Below are positions 50,548 to 52,027 of a stretch of 52,027 bases of DNA, one piece after another; positions within the stretch are counted from its first letter, which is position 1, and the number at the start of each line of letters is the position of its first letter. The stretch is from contig JANOAV010000050.1 of assembly GCA_031411295.1 (NCBI GenBank), positions 1 to 52,027 of the forward strand, in the 5' to 3' direction. A program made the translations under genes and the position numbers. The notes under the pieces were generated by a model. It had not been told where the DNA came from. It ran no database searches and saw only the letters and a program-made list of their open reading frames with translations. Origin of the DNA: Verrucomicrobiales bacterium. GTDB lineage: Bacteria > Verrucomicrobiota > Verrucomicrobiia > Verrucomicrobiales > V1-33.

Positions 50548-50609
50548 TTGCCGGGCAAATGCGGTTGCTTAAGCTTGGGATTCCGCAAATGAGTCTCTGC
50601 TTAGCTTCT

Positions 50610-51806
50610 ATGAATCGCCCCCGCCCTTTCCTTTCCCTCCTGCCCGCATCGACGATCACGGCTCACCTCGTCGCGCTGCTCTGCGCCGTCTGCCCGCTGC
50701 GGGTGGCATTCTCGAATGAGCCCCCCAATACCATGCTTGGCACGCAGGCCATTGGCGGGCGATATCATTTTACGCAGGACGAGCCGTTACTGGAAAGCGC
50801 CAAGCTGATTGCGGAACTGGGATCGAGCATTATGAAATTTTCCATTTCGAAACAGGCCTCGTTCGGTAAGACCAAGGCGAATGTGGCGAAGGGTGATCCC
50901 AACCTGAAGACGCTGACGGAGGTGGCGAGCAAGGATCCCACGCATCGGGCGGTGTTGGATCTGCCGTTCAGGCATTTCTTGCTTTGGGCCTATCCTTTTA
51001 CCCCCACTGGCAGCGCTGGCAAGTTCAAGCCGGAGGAGCGGGATTTGGAGTATCGGGAGATGTATGATCTGGCCGCACATCTGCTGCGAACTTACAACGG
51101 AACCAGCAAGCAATTCTACCTGGGCCACTGGGAGGGTGACTGGCACCTGCGGCCACATTTCGATCCCAAGCAGCCATTCCCAGAGCACTTTGGCGAAAAT
51201 TTCATCGCCTGGCTCAAGGTTCGTCAACAAGCGATCGATGACGCGAAACGCGATACCCCACACCAAGGCGTGGAGGTTTGGCACTACACGGAGGTGAATC
51301 TCGTGGAGCCGTTCCTCAAGGGCGGCCAGTGCCTGACCAATGATATTCTGCCGCAAGTGAATGTGGATTTCGTCAGCTACTCCTGTTACGACAGCCTCCA
51401 GCGGGTCATCCACGATGATCTCTGGGCCACCCTAGACCACATCGAGTCCAAGTTGCAACCCAAGGCTGGCATTCCTGGTAAACGCGTCTTCATTGGAGAA
51501 TACGGCTTCCCGGCCCCGCGTTACCCGCCCGAAGCGCAACGGAGCAAGAGCATCGAAGCCATGATTGCTGGCATCGAATGGGGCTGTCCGTTCGTGCTCT
51601 ATTGGGAACTTTACGACAACGAAGGCACCACGGAGAAGCCCGGCGGCTTCTGGCTCATCGACGAAAAGAACCAGAAGCAACCCGCCTGGCACCTGCACCA
51701 GCACTATTACGAATGGGCCCAGAAACAGCAGTTCACCTCCGATAAAGCGTTCCGCATTGCGGCCGTGAAATATTTGCGGAGCGAACAGGCGCGCGGGCAG
51801 CATTAG
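50610..51806 (+). CDS. Secreted hypothetical protein, possible glycoside-hydrolase-like TIM barrel
   Basis: Signal-like N-terminus; WEGDW, DFVSYSCYD, FIGEYG, LYWELYDNE. Start uncertain (50544-50610). Confidence 0.65.
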   Translation: MNRPRPFLSLLPASTITAHLVALLCAVCPLRVAFSNEPPNTMLGTQAIGGRYHFTQDEPLLESAKLIAELGSSIMKFSISKQASFGKTKANVAKGDPNLKTLTEVASKDPTHRAVLDLPFRHFLLWAYPFTPTGSAGKFKPEERDLEYREMYDLAAHLLRTYNGTSKQFYLGHWEGDWHLRPHFDPKQPFPEHFGENFIAWLKVRQQAIDDAKRDTPHQGVEVWHYTEVNLVEPFLKGGQCLTNDILPQVNVDFVSYSCYDSLQRVIHDDLWATLDHIESKLQPKAGIPGKRVFIGEYGFPAPRYPPEAQRSKSIEAMIAGIEWGCPFVLYWELYDNEGTTEKPGGFWLIDEKNQKQPAWHLHQHYYEWAQKQQFTSDKAFRIAAVKYLRSEQARGQH

Positions 51807-52027
51807 TTCTTGGCGCAAAGCAAACTCCGAGCGACCTTCATTTCACACGAGGGGCAGGAGCACTTTTGACAAACTGACAATTGTTTAACCCGAAAACAGC
51901 TTTTGAAAAAGCACTGTCCGTGCGGGCGGGCTTACGTAGTGGTGAGTTACGATGCAAACCACCCCTGCCGACACCACACAGAACAGTGCCTATCCTTTCA
52001 CCCCTCCCTGCCGGGCTGGGCAAGTCC

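Noticed and set aside
51952..52027. Start of a CDS at the right edge (MQTTPADT...)
   Set aside because: Only 25 codons are visible, too little to support a call.

Overview
A 52-kb GC-rich chromosomal window, most likely from a Verrucomicrobia (PVC) bacterium. This is inferred from the DUF1501 and DUF1549/DUF1553 genes, a PVC-type heme CxxCH protein, CotH/lamin-tail surface proteins and A/C-rich, SD-poor leaders. The housekeeping core is tRNA-Thr(CGT), dnaE, gap and rpsP-khpA. Around it are many secreted or surface proteins, polysaccharide-acting enzymes (two beta-helix proteins, one fused to an esterase; AlgI and AlgJ-like O-acetylation proteins; a sulfotransferase-like protein), an orphan EboF-like enzyme and a frameshifted, HD-degenerate GlnD-like gene. 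The left edge holds the 5' part of a type I restriction hsdR. It is preceded by an unusual module: a 21-bp palindromic tandem array, a divergent promoter region, a helical+FN3 protein gene, a hairpin and REPIN, and a collagen/head-fibre-like gene. Intergenic DNA is rich in palindromic elements from several families, including a 115-bp-arm inverted repeat and a RAYT-like HUH transposase with an in-frame TAG flanked by five REP copies. Three unrelated secreted proteins share a similar ~70-aa C-terminal domain that may be a sorting signal. No CRISPR array, prophage, integrase or rRNA was seen. All calls come from motif reading by eye; no database searches were run.
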